A stretch of 64,000 bases of DNA from an uncultured Rhodospirillales bacterium (GTDB lineage Bacteria; Pseudomonadota; Alphaproteobacteria; Acetobacterales; Acetobacteraceae). The stretch is from assembly GCA_903924855.1 (NCBI GenBank), contig CAIYCW010000042.1, positions 2,464-66,463 of the forward strand, in the 5' to 3' direction. The notes beneath the pieces are model-generated. The model saw nothing but the letters and a program-made list of their open reading frames with translations. It had not been told where the DNA came from and did not search any database. Made by a program: the position numbers and the translations under genes. Below are positions 47,433 to 57,499 of the stretch, in pieces (positions within the stretch are counted from its first letter, which is position 1; each line of letters begins with the position of its first letter).

Positions 47433-47668
47433 GCCGCCTGATCCTGCTTCTTGCGGATGACGAAGCTGAACACCCCGGCCTCCTCGCTCATCGCAAGCAG
47501 ATCATGCCCGGTCTCCCGGCAATAGGCCGGCAGATCCGTCACCGCCGCCCTGTCGGTTGCCAGCACCCGCAGCCGGTCCCCCGGCGCCAGACCGCGCAAC
47601 ACCTTGTTGGTGCGCAGCACCGGCATCGGGCAGGTCATGAATTTCACGTCCAGAACCGTCTCTGCCAT
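47429..47668 (-). CDS. TusA-like sulfurtransferase (SirA family)
   Basis: 79 aa with the active-site motif MTCPMPVL. ATGA overlap with the downstream HDAC gene start. Confidence 0.75.
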   Translation of the reverse strand: MAETVLDVKFMTCPMPVLRTNKVLRGLAPGDRLRVLATDRAAVTDLPAYCRETGHDLLAMSEEAGVFSFVIRKKQDQAA

Positions 47669-47760
47669 CGTGGCCGCTCCGTTGCCCCTGATTTCTTGCA
47701 CCCGATGGTGACGCCGCCGCGCCGGTTGAGCAAGCAGGCCGGGCAGGGCATTGTGCCGGC

Positions 47761-48666
47761 ATGATACAGCATGATTTCCGCATCGGCGTTGACCTGGGTG
47801 GCACCAAGATCGAGGCGATCGCCCTCGCCCACGGGCAGGAGGTGCTGCGCCGTCGCGTCGCCACCCCGCAAGGCTATGCCGCAACCCTCGATGCGATGGC
47901 CGATCTGGTGGGCGACATCGAGCGCAACCTCGGCGGCCGTGGCTCGGTCGGCGTCGGCATCCCGGGCGTGATCTCGCCCGTCACCGGCCTGGTGAAGAAC
48001 GCCAACTCCATCGCCCTCAACGGCCAGCGCTTCGATGTCGATCTGGCGGCAAAGCTCGGCCGCGCGGTGCGCGTTGCCAACGACGCCAACTGCTTCGTGC
48101 TCAGCGAAGCCTCGGACGGGGCAGGCGCCGGGCACGACGTGGTGTTCGGCGTCATCATCGGCACCGGCTGTGGCGGCGGCATCGTGGCGCATGGCCGCAT
48201 TCTGCCGGGGCGCAACTCGGTGGCCGGCGAATGGGGCCATATGCCGCTGCCCTGGCCGCAGCCCTCCGAAACCCCGGGCCCGCAATGCTGGTGCGGCAAG
48301 CACAACTGCATGGAGCTGTGGATCGCGGGCCCCAGCCTCGCGCGGGACTGCGACGGCCCCGGCGCCAAGGACGCCTCCGCCCTGCCATCGCGCGCCGCAG
48401 CCGGCGATGCGCAGGCCATCGCGGCACTCGACCGTCACGCCGATCGTATGTCGCGCGGGCTTGCGGTGATCATCAATGTGCTCGACCCCGACATCATCGT
48501 GCTCGGCGGTGGCCTGTCCAACATGGATCACCTCTATGTCGAGCTGCCGAAGCGGATGAAATCCTACGTGTTCTCCGATTTCGTCAACACGCCGGTGGTG
48601 CGCAACCACCACGGCGACAGCTCCGGCGTGCGTGGGGCGGCTTGGCTGTGGCCGGAGCCGGGCTGA
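47761..48666 (+). CDS. ROK family sugar kinase (N-acetylglucosamine kinase/fructokinase-like)
   Basis: FRIGVDLGGTKIE ATP-binding motif and the ROK zinc motif GEWGHMPL...CWCGKHNCMEL. Confidence 0.8.
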   Translation: MIQHDFRIGVDLGGTKIEAIALAHGQEVLRRRVATPQGYAATLDAMADLVGDIERNLGGRGSVGVGIPGVISPVTGLVKNANSIALNGQRFDVDLAAKLGRAVRVANDANCFVLSEASDGAGAGHDVVFGVIIGTGCGGGIVAHGRILPGRNSVAGEWGHMPLPWPQPSETPGPQCWCGKHNCMELWIAGPSLARDCDGPGAKDASALPSRAAAGDAQAIAALDRHADRMSRGLAVIINVLDPDIIVLGGGLSNMDHLYVELPKRMKSYVFSDFVNTPVVRNHHGDSSGVRGAAWLWPEPG

Positions 48667-49925
48667 CCCCGCCCGGCATCTGCCGGGACTGCGGCGCCGT
48701 GCTCGCCGCCGCCCCGTCATGCCCGAACTGCCGTTCCAGCCGCATCGTGCGCCATCCACAGATCCTGGAGCTCGGCATCGCCCATATCGACTGCGATGCG
48801 TTCTACGCCAGCGTGGAGAAGCGCGACCGGCCGGAGCTTGCCGCCCGCCCGGTGGTGGTGGGCGGTGGCAGCCGCGGCGTGGTGACGGCCGCCTGCTACG
48901 TGGCGCGGATGTATGGCATCCGCTCGGCGATGCCGATGTTCAAGGCGCTCAAGGCCTGCCCCGATCTGGTGGTGATCAAGCCGGATTTCGCCAAATACGT
49001 CGCGGCCTCCCGCCAGATCCGCGCGCTGATGGCCGAACTCACCCCGCTGGTGCAGCCGCTGTCGATCGACGAGGCGGTGCTCGATCTGCGTGGCACTACG
49101 GAACTGCACCAGGCGCCGCCCGCCGCCATGCTCGCCCGCCTCGCCCGCCGGGTGGAGGCGGAGATCGGCGTCACCATCTCCGTGGGCCTCGCCCGGAACC
49201 GGCTGATGTCCAAGATCGCCGCCGGCCGGGACAAGCCGCGCGGCTTTTGCGTGATCGGCGATGAGGCCGCCGCCATCCTGGCCCCCGAATCGGTGCGCCG
49301 CCTGCCCGGCATCGGCCCGGCGCTGGAGAAGCGCCTGGCCGCACTCGGCATCGCAACGCTGGGCCAGCTGCAGACGCTGTCCGAGGCCGAGGCACGCCGC
49401 CTGCTGGGAGAGGATGGTCCGTCCCTGTGCGAACGCGCCCGCGGCATCGACCATCGCGCGGTGGACCCCAGGCGCGAGACCAAATCGATCAGTGCCGAGA
49501 CCACCTTCGAGCAGGACCGCGCCACCCAGGCCGAGCTGGAGGCCAGGCTCTGGCCGCTTTGCGAAAAACTGGCCCGCCGCCTGCGCGAGGCAGGCTTCGC
49601 CACACAGGGCGTGGTGCTGAAGCTGAAGACCGCCCATTTCGCAAGCCGCACCCGCCAGCAGCGCCTGCCCACCCCCAGCGTACTGCCGGACCGGCTGTTC
49701 GACGCCGCGCGTGCCCTGCTGCAAAAGGAGGTGGACGGCACGATGTTCCGCCTGATCGGCATCGGTGCCGCAGGCCTGGTGCCGCTCGATCAGGCCGACC
49801 CGCCCGACCTTGCCGATCCCGGCACCGCCCAGAAGGTGGCCGCCCAACAGGCCATCGATCAGCTGCGCGCCCGCTTCGGCCCGGGTGCCATCGGCAAGGG
49901 CCGCGGACTGCCGCGCTCTGCGTAG
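48648..49925 (+). CDS. dinB: DNA polymerase IV with an N-terminal CxxC-x10-CxxC zinc ribbon
   Basis: CRDCGAVLAAAPSCPNCRS followed by IAHIDCDAFYASVEKRDRPEL and the Y-family core. The start is uncertain (TTG 48642, GTG 48648 or CTG 48663) and overlaps the end of the ROK gene. Confidence 0.8.
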   Translation: MAGAGLTPPGICRDCGAVLAAAPSCPNCRSSRIVRHPQILELGIAHIDCDAFYASVEKRDRPELAARPVVVGGGSRGVVTAACYVARMYGIRSAMPMFKALKACPDLVVIKPDFAKYVAASRQIRALMAELTPLVQPLSIDEAVLDLRGTTELHQAPPAAMLARLARRVEAEIGVTISVGLARNRLMSKIAAGRDKPRGFCVIGDEAAAILAPESVRRLPGIGPALEKRLAALGIATLGQLQTLSEAEARRLLGEDGPSLCERARGIDHRAVDPRRETKSISAETTFEQDRATQAELEARLWPLCEKLARRLREAGFATQGVVLKLKTAHFASRTRQQRLPTPSVLPDRLFDAARALLQKEVDGTMFRLIGIGAAGLVPLDQADPPDLADPGTAQKVAAQQAIDQLRARFGPGAIGKGRGLPRSA

Positions 49926-49961
49926 GAACCCCGCCACCCGCCAACAGGCAGGGTCAGCCGA

Positions 49962-50795
49962 TCAGTTGCAGGCGGCCTTGTTGATCGTGAGCTTGTCGAT
50001 CTTGCCGGTCATCACGAAATCGCCGAAATCCATCTGCATGTCATCGGCAACACCGTTGGCCCAGTAGCGCATCGCCACCTGGTAATCCGGCCCGTCACTG
50101 CCGTCGCTGGCCTTGCGGTCGAAGAAGGCGATGCGCACCCGCCCGCTCGGCAGATCCTTCAGCGGCGCCAGCACCTGGGGTGTTGGTGCGGTCTTGTCCC
50201 ACCCGGTCATCACCACCGAACTGTCCTGCTCGCCATCGGCGGAGGTGCCGTCGAACAGCGGCAGGCTGAGGAATTTGGTTCCCTTCTGCGCCGCGTCCAG
50301 AATCCGGGCGGTGTGCATGGTGGGGAACAGCGTGCCGGCCGGCAGCTTGTGCGTGCCGGTTTTCGGCAGATCATAGTTCACCAGCCCCGGCCCGCCGGCC
50401 GCATCGAGCTTCGCCGTGCCGGACACGTCATCCGGCGTCTCGCCATCGGTGGCCTGGTGCATGCGAAACCGCAGCGAAAGCCCGTCCTTGGCTTCGAAGG
50501 TGGTGTAGTCGGACACCATGTGCACGTCCTGTCCACCCTCGTTGGTCAGCGTCATGTCCAGACGCTGGCGCACCGCCCAGCCGTCGCAGGCATCGATCAT
50601 CTCGAATGTCATGCTGCCGCTGGCTGCCGCCACCGAGCCATCCTTCGCGTGATCGAGGCTGAGCTTGTACAGCGCCGTATGCGGCACCAGCTCGGCCGCG
50701 CGCAGCTTGGCTGTCCCGCACATCATCGTGCCGACCAGCCCCAGAACGGCCAGGGCTGACAAACGCCGCATCATCAGAAGGTTGCTCTGCATCAC
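49962..50795 (-). CDS. DUF1849 (EipB-like) periplasmic cell-envelope integrity protein
   Basis: A signal peptide is followed by LVPHTALYKLSL...GSMTFEMIDACDGWAVRQRLDM, typical of DUF1849. The start may be the internal MMRRLS (about 50774). Confidence 0.7.
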   Translation of the reverse strand: MMQSNLLMMRRLSALAVLGLVGTMMCGTAKLRAAELVPHTALYKLSLDHAKDGSVAAASGSMTFEMIDACDGWAVRQRLDMTLTNEGGQDVHMVSDYTTFEAKDGLSLRFRMHQATDGETPDDVSGTAKLDAAGGPGLVNYDLPKTGTHKLPAGTLFPTMHTARILDAAQKGTKFLSLPLFDGTSADGEQDSSVVMTGWDKTAPTPQVLAPLKDLPSGRVRIAFFDRKASDGSDGPDYQVAMRYWANGVADDMQMDFGDFVMTGKIDKLTINKAACN

Positions 50796-50898
50796 CCGAA
50801 CATAGGGTTGCCACCAGCACTTCGCCAGCGTCGTTCGGTGTCAAAACCGTCCGAACGATCGCAGCCCCATCATATTGCCGTGCGGATGGCCCTCGCGA

Positions 50899-52683
50899 TC
50901 AGTCCCGCTTGACCTTGGGGGCCAGATCGAGCTTCAGCGACAGCTCCTTCAGGCGGCTCTGCGGCACTTCGGCCGGCGCACCCATCATCAGATCCTCGCC
51001 CTGCTGGTTCAGCGGGAACAGGATCACCTCGCGGATGTTCGGCTCATCGGCCAGCAGCATCACGATGCGATCAATGCCAGGCGCCGAGCCACCATGCGGG
51101 GGGGCTCCGAAGCGGAACGCGTTCAGCATGCCGCCGAAGCGCTCCTCCACCTCGGCCGCGGTGTAGCCGGCAATCTCGAAGGCGCGGATCATGATGTCCG
51201 GCCGATGGTTGCGGATGGCGCCGGAGGACAGCTCGATGCCGTTGCAGACGATGTCATACTGGAACGCCTTGATGTCCAGCGGGTCCATCGTCTCCAGCGC
51301 CTCCATGCCACCCTGCGGCATGGAGAACGGGTTGTGGCTGAAATCGATCTTCTTGGTCTCTTCCTCGATCTCATACATCGGGAAATCGGTGATCCAGCAG
51401 AAGCGGAACTCGCCCTGTTCGATCAGGCCGAGATCATTGCCGAGCTTGGTGCGCACCTTGCCCGCGAATTTCGGCGCCTCGTCCTTCTTGCCGGCGGCGA
51501 AGAACACGCTGTCGCCGTCCTTCAGCCCGCAGGCCTCCTTGATGGCGGCGCAGCGCTCCGGCTCCAGGTTCTTGGCGATCGGCCCCTTCGGGCCGTCGGC
51601 TGCGAACTGGATGTAGCCAAGCCCGCCAGCACCTTCCTCTCGCGCCCAATCGTTGAGCTTGTCGAAGAAACCGCGCGGATGGGCGGCCGTGCCCGGGGCC
51701 GGAATGGCGCGCACGATGCCGCCGGAGGCCGCGATCTTGTTGAACAGGCCAAAGCCGGAGCCCGCGAAATGCGCGGTCACATCGGTGATGAGGAGCGGGT
51801 TGCGCAGATCGGGCTTGTCCGAGCCGTAGAGCGCCATCGAGGTGTCATACGGAATCCGCGGGAAGGGCGGCTTGGTCACCGCGCGCCCATCCGAGAACTC
51901 CTCGAACACGCCGGCCATCACCGGCTCGATCGTGTTGAACACGTCTTCCTGGGTTACGAAGCTCATCTCGAAATCGAGCTGGTAGAACTCACCCGGGCTG
52001 CGATCGGCACGGCTCGCCTCGTCGCGGAAACACGGGGCGATCTGGAAATAGCGGTCAAAACCCGCCACCATCGCCAGCTGCTTGAACTGCTGCGGCGCCT
52101 GCGGCAGGGCGTAGAACTTGCCGGGATGGTTGCGCGCCGGCACCAGAAAGTCGCGCGCCCCTTCCGGGCTGGAGGCGGTCAGGATCGGCGTCTGGAATTC
52201 GGTGAAGCCCGCCTCGATCATGCGCCTGCGGAAGCTCGCGATCACGGCGGCGCGCAGCATGATGTTGCGATGCACCTTGTCGCGGCGCAGATCGATGAAG
52301 CGGTTCTTCAGGCGGATCTCGTCCGAATAATGCTCGTCTCCGGCCACCTGCATCGGCAGCACATCGGCGCGCGACTGCACCGCCACATGCTCGGCCACGA
52401 TCTCGATCTCACCGGTGGGCAGGCGCGGGTTGATCGTGCCCTCACGCGCCACCACACGGCCGGTGACGGTGATCACGCTTTCCACCCGCAGCGGATCAAC
52501 CACCGCGAATGCCTCGGAGCCGGCCGGGAACACGCATTGCGTGATGCCGTAATGGTCGCGCAGATCGATGAACAGCAGCCCGCCATGGTCGCGCTTGGAA
52601 TGCACCCAGCCGGAGATGCGGGCCTCGGTGCCGGCGTCGCTGGCGCGAAGCGCGCCGCAGGTATGGGTGCGATAGGCGTGCAT
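50899..52683 (-). CDS. aspS: Aspartate--tRNA ligase
   Basis: [13 protein letters not shown]...[22 protein letters not shown], class II motifs and a GAD insertion. The ATG at 52683 was chosen. Confidence 0.9.
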   Translation of the reverse strand: MHAYRTHTCGALRASDAGTEARISGWVHSKRDHGGLLFIDLRDHYGITQCVFPAGSEAFAVVDPLRVESVITVTGRVVAREGTINPRLPTGEIEIVAEHVAVQSRADVLPMQVAGDEHYSDEIRLKNRFIDLRRDKVHRNIMLRAAVIASFRRRMIEAGFTEFQTPILTASSPEGARDFLVPARNHPGKFYALPQAPQQFKQLAMVAGFDRYFQIAPCFRDEASRADRSPGEFYQLDFEMSFVTQEDVFNTIEPVMAGVFEEFSDGRAVTKPPFPRIPYDTSMALYGSDKPDLRNPLLITDVTAHFAGSGFGLFNKIAASGGIVRAIPAPGTAAHPRGFFDKLNDWAREEGAGGLGYIQFAADGPKGPIAKNLEPERCAAIKEACGLKDGDSVFFAAGKKDEAPKFAGKVRTKLGNDLGLIEQGEFRFCWITDFPMYEIEEETKKIDFSHNPFSMPQGGMEALETMDPLDIKAFQYDIVCNGIELSSGAIRNHRPDIMIRAFEIAGYTAAEVEERFGGMLNAFRFGAPPHGGSAPGIDRIVMLLADEPNIREVILFPLNQQGEDLMMGAPAEVPQSRLKELSLKLDLAPKVKRD

Positions 52684-52799
52684 GCTGCGTGTCCTGATCC
52701 AGGTCTGCGAAGGAATAAGAGTGGCGGGCAACAAGCCGGGGCCGCATCCCTGTGTCAAGCTGGCTTCCTGCAACGCTCCTTCATGTGTATGAGCAATGA

Positions 52800-53981
52800 A
52801 TGCCTCGCCCCGCCCGAGCGGAATTTCCGCAGCCCACGCTGATCACCGACACTGAAACCCTGGCCCGCCTCTGTGAGCGCCTGGCCAGCGAGCAGTTCGT
52901 CACTGTCGACACCGAGTTCATGCGGGAGCGGACCTATTGGCCCGAGCTCTGCGTGGTGCAGCTTGCCTCGGACACCGAGGTGGCCGTGGTGGACGCGCTG
53001 GCGCCGGGCATCGATCTGGCCCCGCTCGGTGAGCTGCTTGCCAACCAGGCGGTGATGAAGGTCTTCCACGCCGCCCGCCAGGACATCGAGATCTTCGTCC
53101 TGCTGTTCGGCGACGTGCCGCGCCCGCTGTTTGACACCCAGGTGGCCGCCATGGTGGCGGGATTCGGCGATCAGGTGGGCTACGATGCGCTGGTCGCCAA
53201 CCTCACCGGCGGGCAGATCGACAAGGCGCACCGCTTCAGCGACTGGTCGGTGCGCCCGCTCTCGCCGGCCCAGATCACCTACGCCGCCGCCGATGTCACC
53301 CATCTGCGCCGCGCCTATGAAAAACTGCGCGCGCGGCTGGAGAAGGATGGCAGGCTCGACTGGGTGGCGGAGGAGATGGCGGTGCTCGCCGATCCCAACA
53401 CCTATCGCAGCAACCCCGAGACCATGTGGGAAAGGCTGCGCCCGCGCACCAACAACCGCCGCATGCTCGGCGTGCTGCGCGCCATCGCCGCATGGCGCGA
53501 GCGCGAGGCGCAGCGCAGCAACATCCCGCGCCAGCGCATGCTGAAGGACGAGGCGCTGCTGGAGATCGCAGCCACCGCCCCCACCGATGCCGACCAGCTC
53601 GGCCGCGCCCGCGGCATCACCCGCGGCTTCGCCGAGGGCAAAACCGGCCTGTCCCTGCTGGCCGCCGTGGCCGAAGCCAAGGCCCTGCCGGACGACGCCA
53701 TGCCCGAGCTGCCCACGCATCGCGACGGTCCGAAACCCTCGCCCGCTCTGGTCTCGCTGCTGAAGGTTCTGCTGGCGGCCAAATGCGAGCAGTTCAACGT
53801 GGCGCCGAAGCTGGTGGCAAACTCGGAGGAGATCGACCGCCTGGCCACCGAAGCACAGCCCGATGTGGCAAGCCTCTCCGGCTGGCGCGCGGACGTGTTC
53901 GGAAACGACGCCATGGCGCTCAAGCGCGGCGAACTGGCGCTCGGCGTGGATGGCAAGCGGGTGAAGCTTATTCGGGGTTAG
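52800..53981 (+). CDS. rnd: Ribonuclease D
   Basis: DEDD exonuclease motifs (VTVDTEF..., [14 protein letters not shown]) plus an HRDC domain. Confidence 0.85.
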   Translation: MPRPARAEFPQPTLITDTETLARLCERLASEQFVTVDTEFMRERTYWPELCVVQLASDTEVAVVDALAPGIDLAPLGELLANQAVMKVFHAARQDIEIFVLLFGDVPRPLFDTQVAAMVAGFGDQVGYDALVANLTGGQIDKAHRFSDWSVRPLSPAQITYAAADVTHLRRAYEKLRARLEKDGRLDWVAEEMAVLADPNTYRSNPETMWERLRPRTNNRRMLGVLRAIAAWREREAQRSNIPRQRMLKDEALLEIAATAPTDADQLGRARGITRGFAEGKTGLSLLAAVAEAKALPDDAMPELPTHRDGPKPSPALVSLLKVLLAAKCEQFNVAPKLVANSEEIDRLATEAQPDVASLSGWRADVFGNDAMALKRGELALGVDGKRVKLIRG

Positions 53982-53986
53982 GGAAA

Positions 53987-54024
53987 GAAGACTCTTCTTT
54001 TTGTGAACAAAAAGAAGAGTCTTC
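53987..54024. terminator. Strong 17-bp perfect hairpin between the convergent rnd and alpha-E genes (CTTCTTTT/AAAAGAAG-type, related in style to the REP-like elements)
   Basis: GAAGACTCTTCTTTTTG-TGAA-CAAAAAGAAGAGTCTTC. There is no external U-tract, so this is not a canonical intrinsic terminator. Confidence 0.55.
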
Positions 54025-54030
54025 CCACGC

Positions 54031-55017
54031 CTAAGCCGCCGCAGCCCCCAGCAAAGGGCGCCAATCGCGGAAGAACGGTGTGCCGATCTCGGACGCGAGC
54101 AGGATCAGGTCGCGTTGCACGCCGTCCAGGAAGAGGTGCAGCCCGTCCGCCAGCACTTTCTCCACCGGCCGTCCCATCAGCCCAGCGCGCAGTTCCTCCA
54201 CCCGCTCCAGCGCGCCGACCGTGCCGCGCAGGCCGTAGCGGCTGCGCAGCTGGCCCAGATGCCATTCCATGCTCTGCACGCATACCGCAACCGAGCGCGG
54301 AAAGCTGGTGTCGTTCAGCAGGAAGGCCACCACATCCACCGGTGTGAAGCCGGCCGGTGCCACGCGGCGGAAGGCGTGATAGCCGGCGGCCGCCCGCAGC
54401 ACGCCGCCCCATTGGGTCAGTTCGGCGGCCTTGCGCTCCTCCGAGCCGCCGGGCACCAGCAGGTGATAGCGGATGTCGAGCAGGCGGGTGGTCTGGTCGG
54501 CGCGTTCGATCAGCCGGCCGAGCTGGTAGAAATCCCAGCCCTGATCGCGAAAGAACGTGCCTTCGGTGATGCCGGTATGCGCCTGCACGCCTTCCTTGAT
54601 GCGCGTGCACAGGCGCGAGAGGCGATCGCCCTGAATATCGGCATCCGTCAGCTGCATCATGTCGCGGTGAAACACGTTCATCTGCATCCACATCTCGGTC
54701 GAGATCAGCGGGCGCAGTGTGCGCGCATTGGTGCGCGCCGCCTCCAGCGAGGCCGGGATCGAGGTTGGGTTGCCGGGGTCGAGCAGATAGAAGCGCTTCA
54801 CATTGTCGGCCGTGGCCTCCTTGCCGGTGGCCTTGAAGCCCTCTTCGTCGGCGTTGATGCGGATCATCGCAAGCCACGACTCGGTCTCCCGCCCGGGGCT
54901 TTCGAAGGTCTGTGTCACGTCGATCAGCCGGGCCAGGTTCTCCACACGCTCCAGATAGCGTGCCATCCAGAACAGGCCCTCGGCGTAGCGGGCGAGAAGC
55001 GGGGTTTCGCGGCTCAT
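54031..55017 (-). CDS. Alpha-E domain protein (DUF403)
   Basis: MSRETPLLARYAEGLFWMARYLERVENLARLIDV is the DUF403 N-terminal signature. ATGA overlap with the upstream ATP-grasp gene. Confidence 0.8.
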   Translation of the reverse strand: MSRETPLLARYAEGLFWMARYLERVENLARLIDVTQTFESPGRETESWLAMIRINADEEGFKATGKEATADNVKRFYLLDPGNPTSIPASLEAARTNARTLRPLISTEMWMQMNVFHRDMMQLTDADIQGDRLSRLCTRIKEGVQAHTGITEGTFFRDQGWDFYQLGRLIERADQTTRLLDIRYHLLVPGGSEERKAAELTQWGGVLRAAAGYHAFRRVAPAGFTPVDVVAFLLNDTSFPRSVAVCVQSMEWHLGQLRSRYGLRGTVGALERVEELRAGLMGRPVEKVLADGLHLFLDGVQRDLILLASEIGTPFFRDWRPLLGAAAA

Positions 55018-56528
55018 GGCGTCACTCCCGTGCGGGCCTGACCCATCGGCGCCTCATCCATCAGCACCCAGGTGTCCTTCGAGCCACCGCCCTGGCTGGA
55101 GTTCACCACCAGGCTGCCCTCCTTCATCGCCACGCGGGACAGGCCGCCTGGCAGCACCCAGGTGTCACGCCCGGTCACCGCAAAGGGCCGCAGGTCGAGA
55201 TGGCGCGGGTGAATGCCGGTCTCGGTTAGCGTCGGTGCCACGGACAGGCTGATCACCGGCTGGCTGATCCAGTTGGCGGGATCGGCCAGCAGGCTTTTGC
55301 GGGCGATCTCGATCTCGGCCTTGGTGGCGCGCGGGCCGATGGTGATGCCGTACCCGCCCGACTCGCCCACCGGCTTCAGCACCAGCTTGTCGATATTGGC
55401 CAGCGTGTAGTCGAGGCCTTCCTTCTCGCGGCAGATATGGGTGGTGACGTTGTTCAGAATTGGCGTTTCCTTGAGGTAGTAGTCGATGATGCGCGGCATG
55501 TAGGCGTAGATCGCCTTGTCATCGGCAACCCCGGTGCCGACCGCGTTGGCCAGCGTCACATTGCCGCGACGCCATGCGCCGATCAGCCCGGGCACGCCCA
55601 GCAGGCTGTCCGGCCGGAACACGGTCGGGTCGAGGAAGTCATCGCCGATGCGGCGATAGATGGTGTGCACCGCGCGCAGCCCCGCCGTGGTGCGCATCCA
55701 CACCCGGTCCTGCTCCACCACCAGGTCAGCGCCTTCCACCAGCGGCACGCCCATCTCACGGGCGAGAAACACGTGCTCGAAATAGGCGGAGTTGTAGATG
55801 CCGGGGCTGAGCAGCACCACCTGCGGCTCGTCCACGCCTTCGGGTGCGATGTCGCACATCGCGGTCAGCAGCCTTCTGCCGTAGTCATCCACCGGATGCA
55901 GCCGCATGCCGGCCAGCAGGTCGGGGAAGGCGCGCGACATCAGATGGCGGTTCTCCACCACATAGGACACGCCGGAGGGGGTGCGGGCATTGTCCTCCAG
56001 CACCAGGAACTCGCCCTTTTCGTCGCGCACGATATCGGTGCCGCAGATATGGACATAGGTGCCGAAGCGGACCGGGAAATGCTCCATTTCCGGGCGGTAA
56101 TTGGCGTTGGTGTAGACCAGATCCGCCGGCACCACGCCGTCGCGGGTGATGTGGCGGTCGTGGTAGATGTCGTGCAGGAACAGGTTGAGTGCTGCCACGC
56201 GCTGCTTCACGCCCGCCTCGATCTTGCGCCATTCGGCCGCGGTGATGATGCGCGGGATGCAGTCGAACGGCAGGATGCGGTCGATCGCCTGGCTTTCCGA
56301 ATAGATGGTGAAGGTGATGCCGAGGTTGATCAGATCATTCTCGGCCGCCGCCGCCCGGTTGCGCAGCGCATCGAGCCCGATGGCGGCAATCCGCGCGCGC
56401 ACTGCGGCCGCGGCCCCGGCATCCCCGTCACGATCACGGGTGAGCTCGCAGAAATACGGGCCGGAGCGGTACGGCACGAACGGGTCGAAATTCATCGACT
56501 GGGACATGGTCTGCGTCATCGAATTCAT
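55014..56528 (-). CDS. Circularly permuted type 2 ATP-grasp protein (DUF404/DUF407)
   Basis: 504 aa. ITFTIYSE...RILPFDCIPRII...DIVRDEKGEFLVLEDNARTPSGVSYV...LKPVGESGGYG matches the CP_ATPgrasp_2 family. Confidence 0.8.
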   Translation of the reverse strand: MNSMTQTMSQSMNFDPFVPYRSGPYFCELTRDRDGDAGAAAAVRARIAAIGLDALRNRAAAAENDLINLGITFTIYSESQAIDRILPFDCIPRIITAAEWRKIEAGVKQRVAALNLFLHDIYHDRHITRDGVVPADLVYTNANYRPEMEHFPVRFGTYVHICGTDIVRDEKGEFLVLEDNARTPSGVSYVVENRHLMSRAFPDLLAGMRLHPVDDYGRRLLTAMCDIAPEGVDEPQVVLLSPGIYNSAYFEHVFLAREMGVPLVEGADLVVEQDRVWMRTTAGLRAVHTIYRRIGDDFLDPTVFRPDSLLGVPGLIGAWRRGNVTLANAVGTGVADDKAIYAYMPRIIDYYLKETPILNNVTTHICREKEGLDYTLANIDKLVLKPVGESGGYGITIGPRATKAEIEIARKSLLADPANWISQPVISLSVAPTLTETGIHPRHLDLRPFAVTGRDTWVLPGGLSRVAMKEGSLVVNSSQGGGSKDTWVLMDEAPMGQARTGVTP

Positions 56529-56770
56529 GGGACGGCCTTGTCCTTGGTGGCTGCTCGGGGTTGCTCATAGGCTCGGCGCGGACGCAGTTCGCGCGCACTC
56601 ATGATCATAGCATAGCAGACAAGCACGTTTTGCAACCCCGTCGGTCTTCGTATCGCCGGGAGTGAGCAATTCCGGGGCCACAGCAGGTTTAATCTGTGCC
56701 GGGGTTCCGGCACCGTCACGGCAAGGCTACAAGGCGGCCAAGGTTCATGGCTATGGTCGGAGATTTTTGT

Positions 56771-57352
56771 ATGCGTCTTGTAATGCCAGTGCTGCTGCTG
56801 GGGGTTCTCGCCGGCTGTGCGCATGAGCCGCCGCCGGCGCCGCCGCCTGTGGTGGTGGCGCGGCCCAAGCCTGTGTTCCCGCCGCCGATCCAGGCGCCGG
56901 TCTGCGCCAAGCCCGCGGAGAAAACCGCCTTTGCGCTTGCGGCGCTGCGCATGCAGCTCTCCGTGGTGGAGCTGACCTGCGATCAGCGCGACGCGTTCAA
57001 CGATTTCACCACCAAGTTCCGCCGCGATATCGGCGATGCCAACAAGACGCTGGGGGCGTTCTTCACCCGTGCCTATGCGCGCCAGGGCCAGGCGCAGCAG
57101 GACCAGTATGAGACGATGCAGATCAACCAGACTTCGCAGGCCGGCCAGTATTATGGCGCGGATTTCTGCAAGACCTACGGCACCCAGCTGGCGGATGTGC
57201 TGGCGCTGAAGGACGGTGCGGCGCTGGCCGATTACGCGACCGCACAGCATTTCGACCAGACGGTGGTGGCCGATGAATGCCCGCCGCCGGCAGCACCCGC
57301 CCCCAAGGCGTCGCCCATCAAGGCGCCGGCCAAGGCCCCGGCCAAGGGCTGA
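56771..57352 (+). CDS. Hypothetical lipoprotein (Pro/Ala-rich termini)
   Basis: Lipobox MRLVMPVLLLGVLAGC. GGAG sits about 9 nt upstream of the ATG at 56771. Confidence 0.6.
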   Translation: MRLVMPVLLLGVLAGCAHEPPPAPPPVVVARPKPVFPPPIQAPVCAKPAEKTAFALAALRMQLSVVELTCDQRDAFNDFTTKFRRDIGDANKTLGAFFTRAYARQGQAQQDQYETMQINQTSQAGQYYGADFCKTYGTQLADVLALKDGAALADYATAQHFDQTVVADECPPPAAPAPKASPIKAPAKAPAKG

Positions 57353-57370
57353 TCCGGCCATCTGCCGACG

Positions 57371-57402
57371 AAAAAAGGCGCCCTTCGCGGGGCGCCTTTT
57401 TT
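57371..57402. terminator. Bidirectional rho-independent terminator
   Basis: AAAAAA-GGCGCCC-TTCGCG-GGGCGCC-TTTTTT, immediately after the lipoprotein gene. Confidence 0.8.
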
Positions 57403-57431
57403 GTGTCGGGTGGCTGGATGCCTCTGGATAT

Positions 57432-57469
57432 GAAAAACCCCTGCGCCCCGGTTTCCCGGGACGCAGGGG
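57432..57469 (-). terminator. Rho-independent terminator of the first OmpA-family gene
   Basis: The long GC stem CCCCTGCG...CGCAGGGG has an internal CCGG/CCGG pairing. On the minus strand it is followed by a U-run (plus-strand GAAAAA at 57432-57437). Confidence 0.75.
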
Positions 57470-57499
57470 CTGATCTCAGCCGGAAGAGGCGGCCTGCGA

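Noticed and set aside
53987-54024. The 17-bp perfect hairpin was considered as a MITE with terminal inverted repeats or a recombination site.
   Set aside because: It is only 38 nt long, has no flanking direct repeats and sits exactly between convergent genes. A structural or terminator-like role is the simpler reading. It is kept only as a possible relative of the REP-like family.
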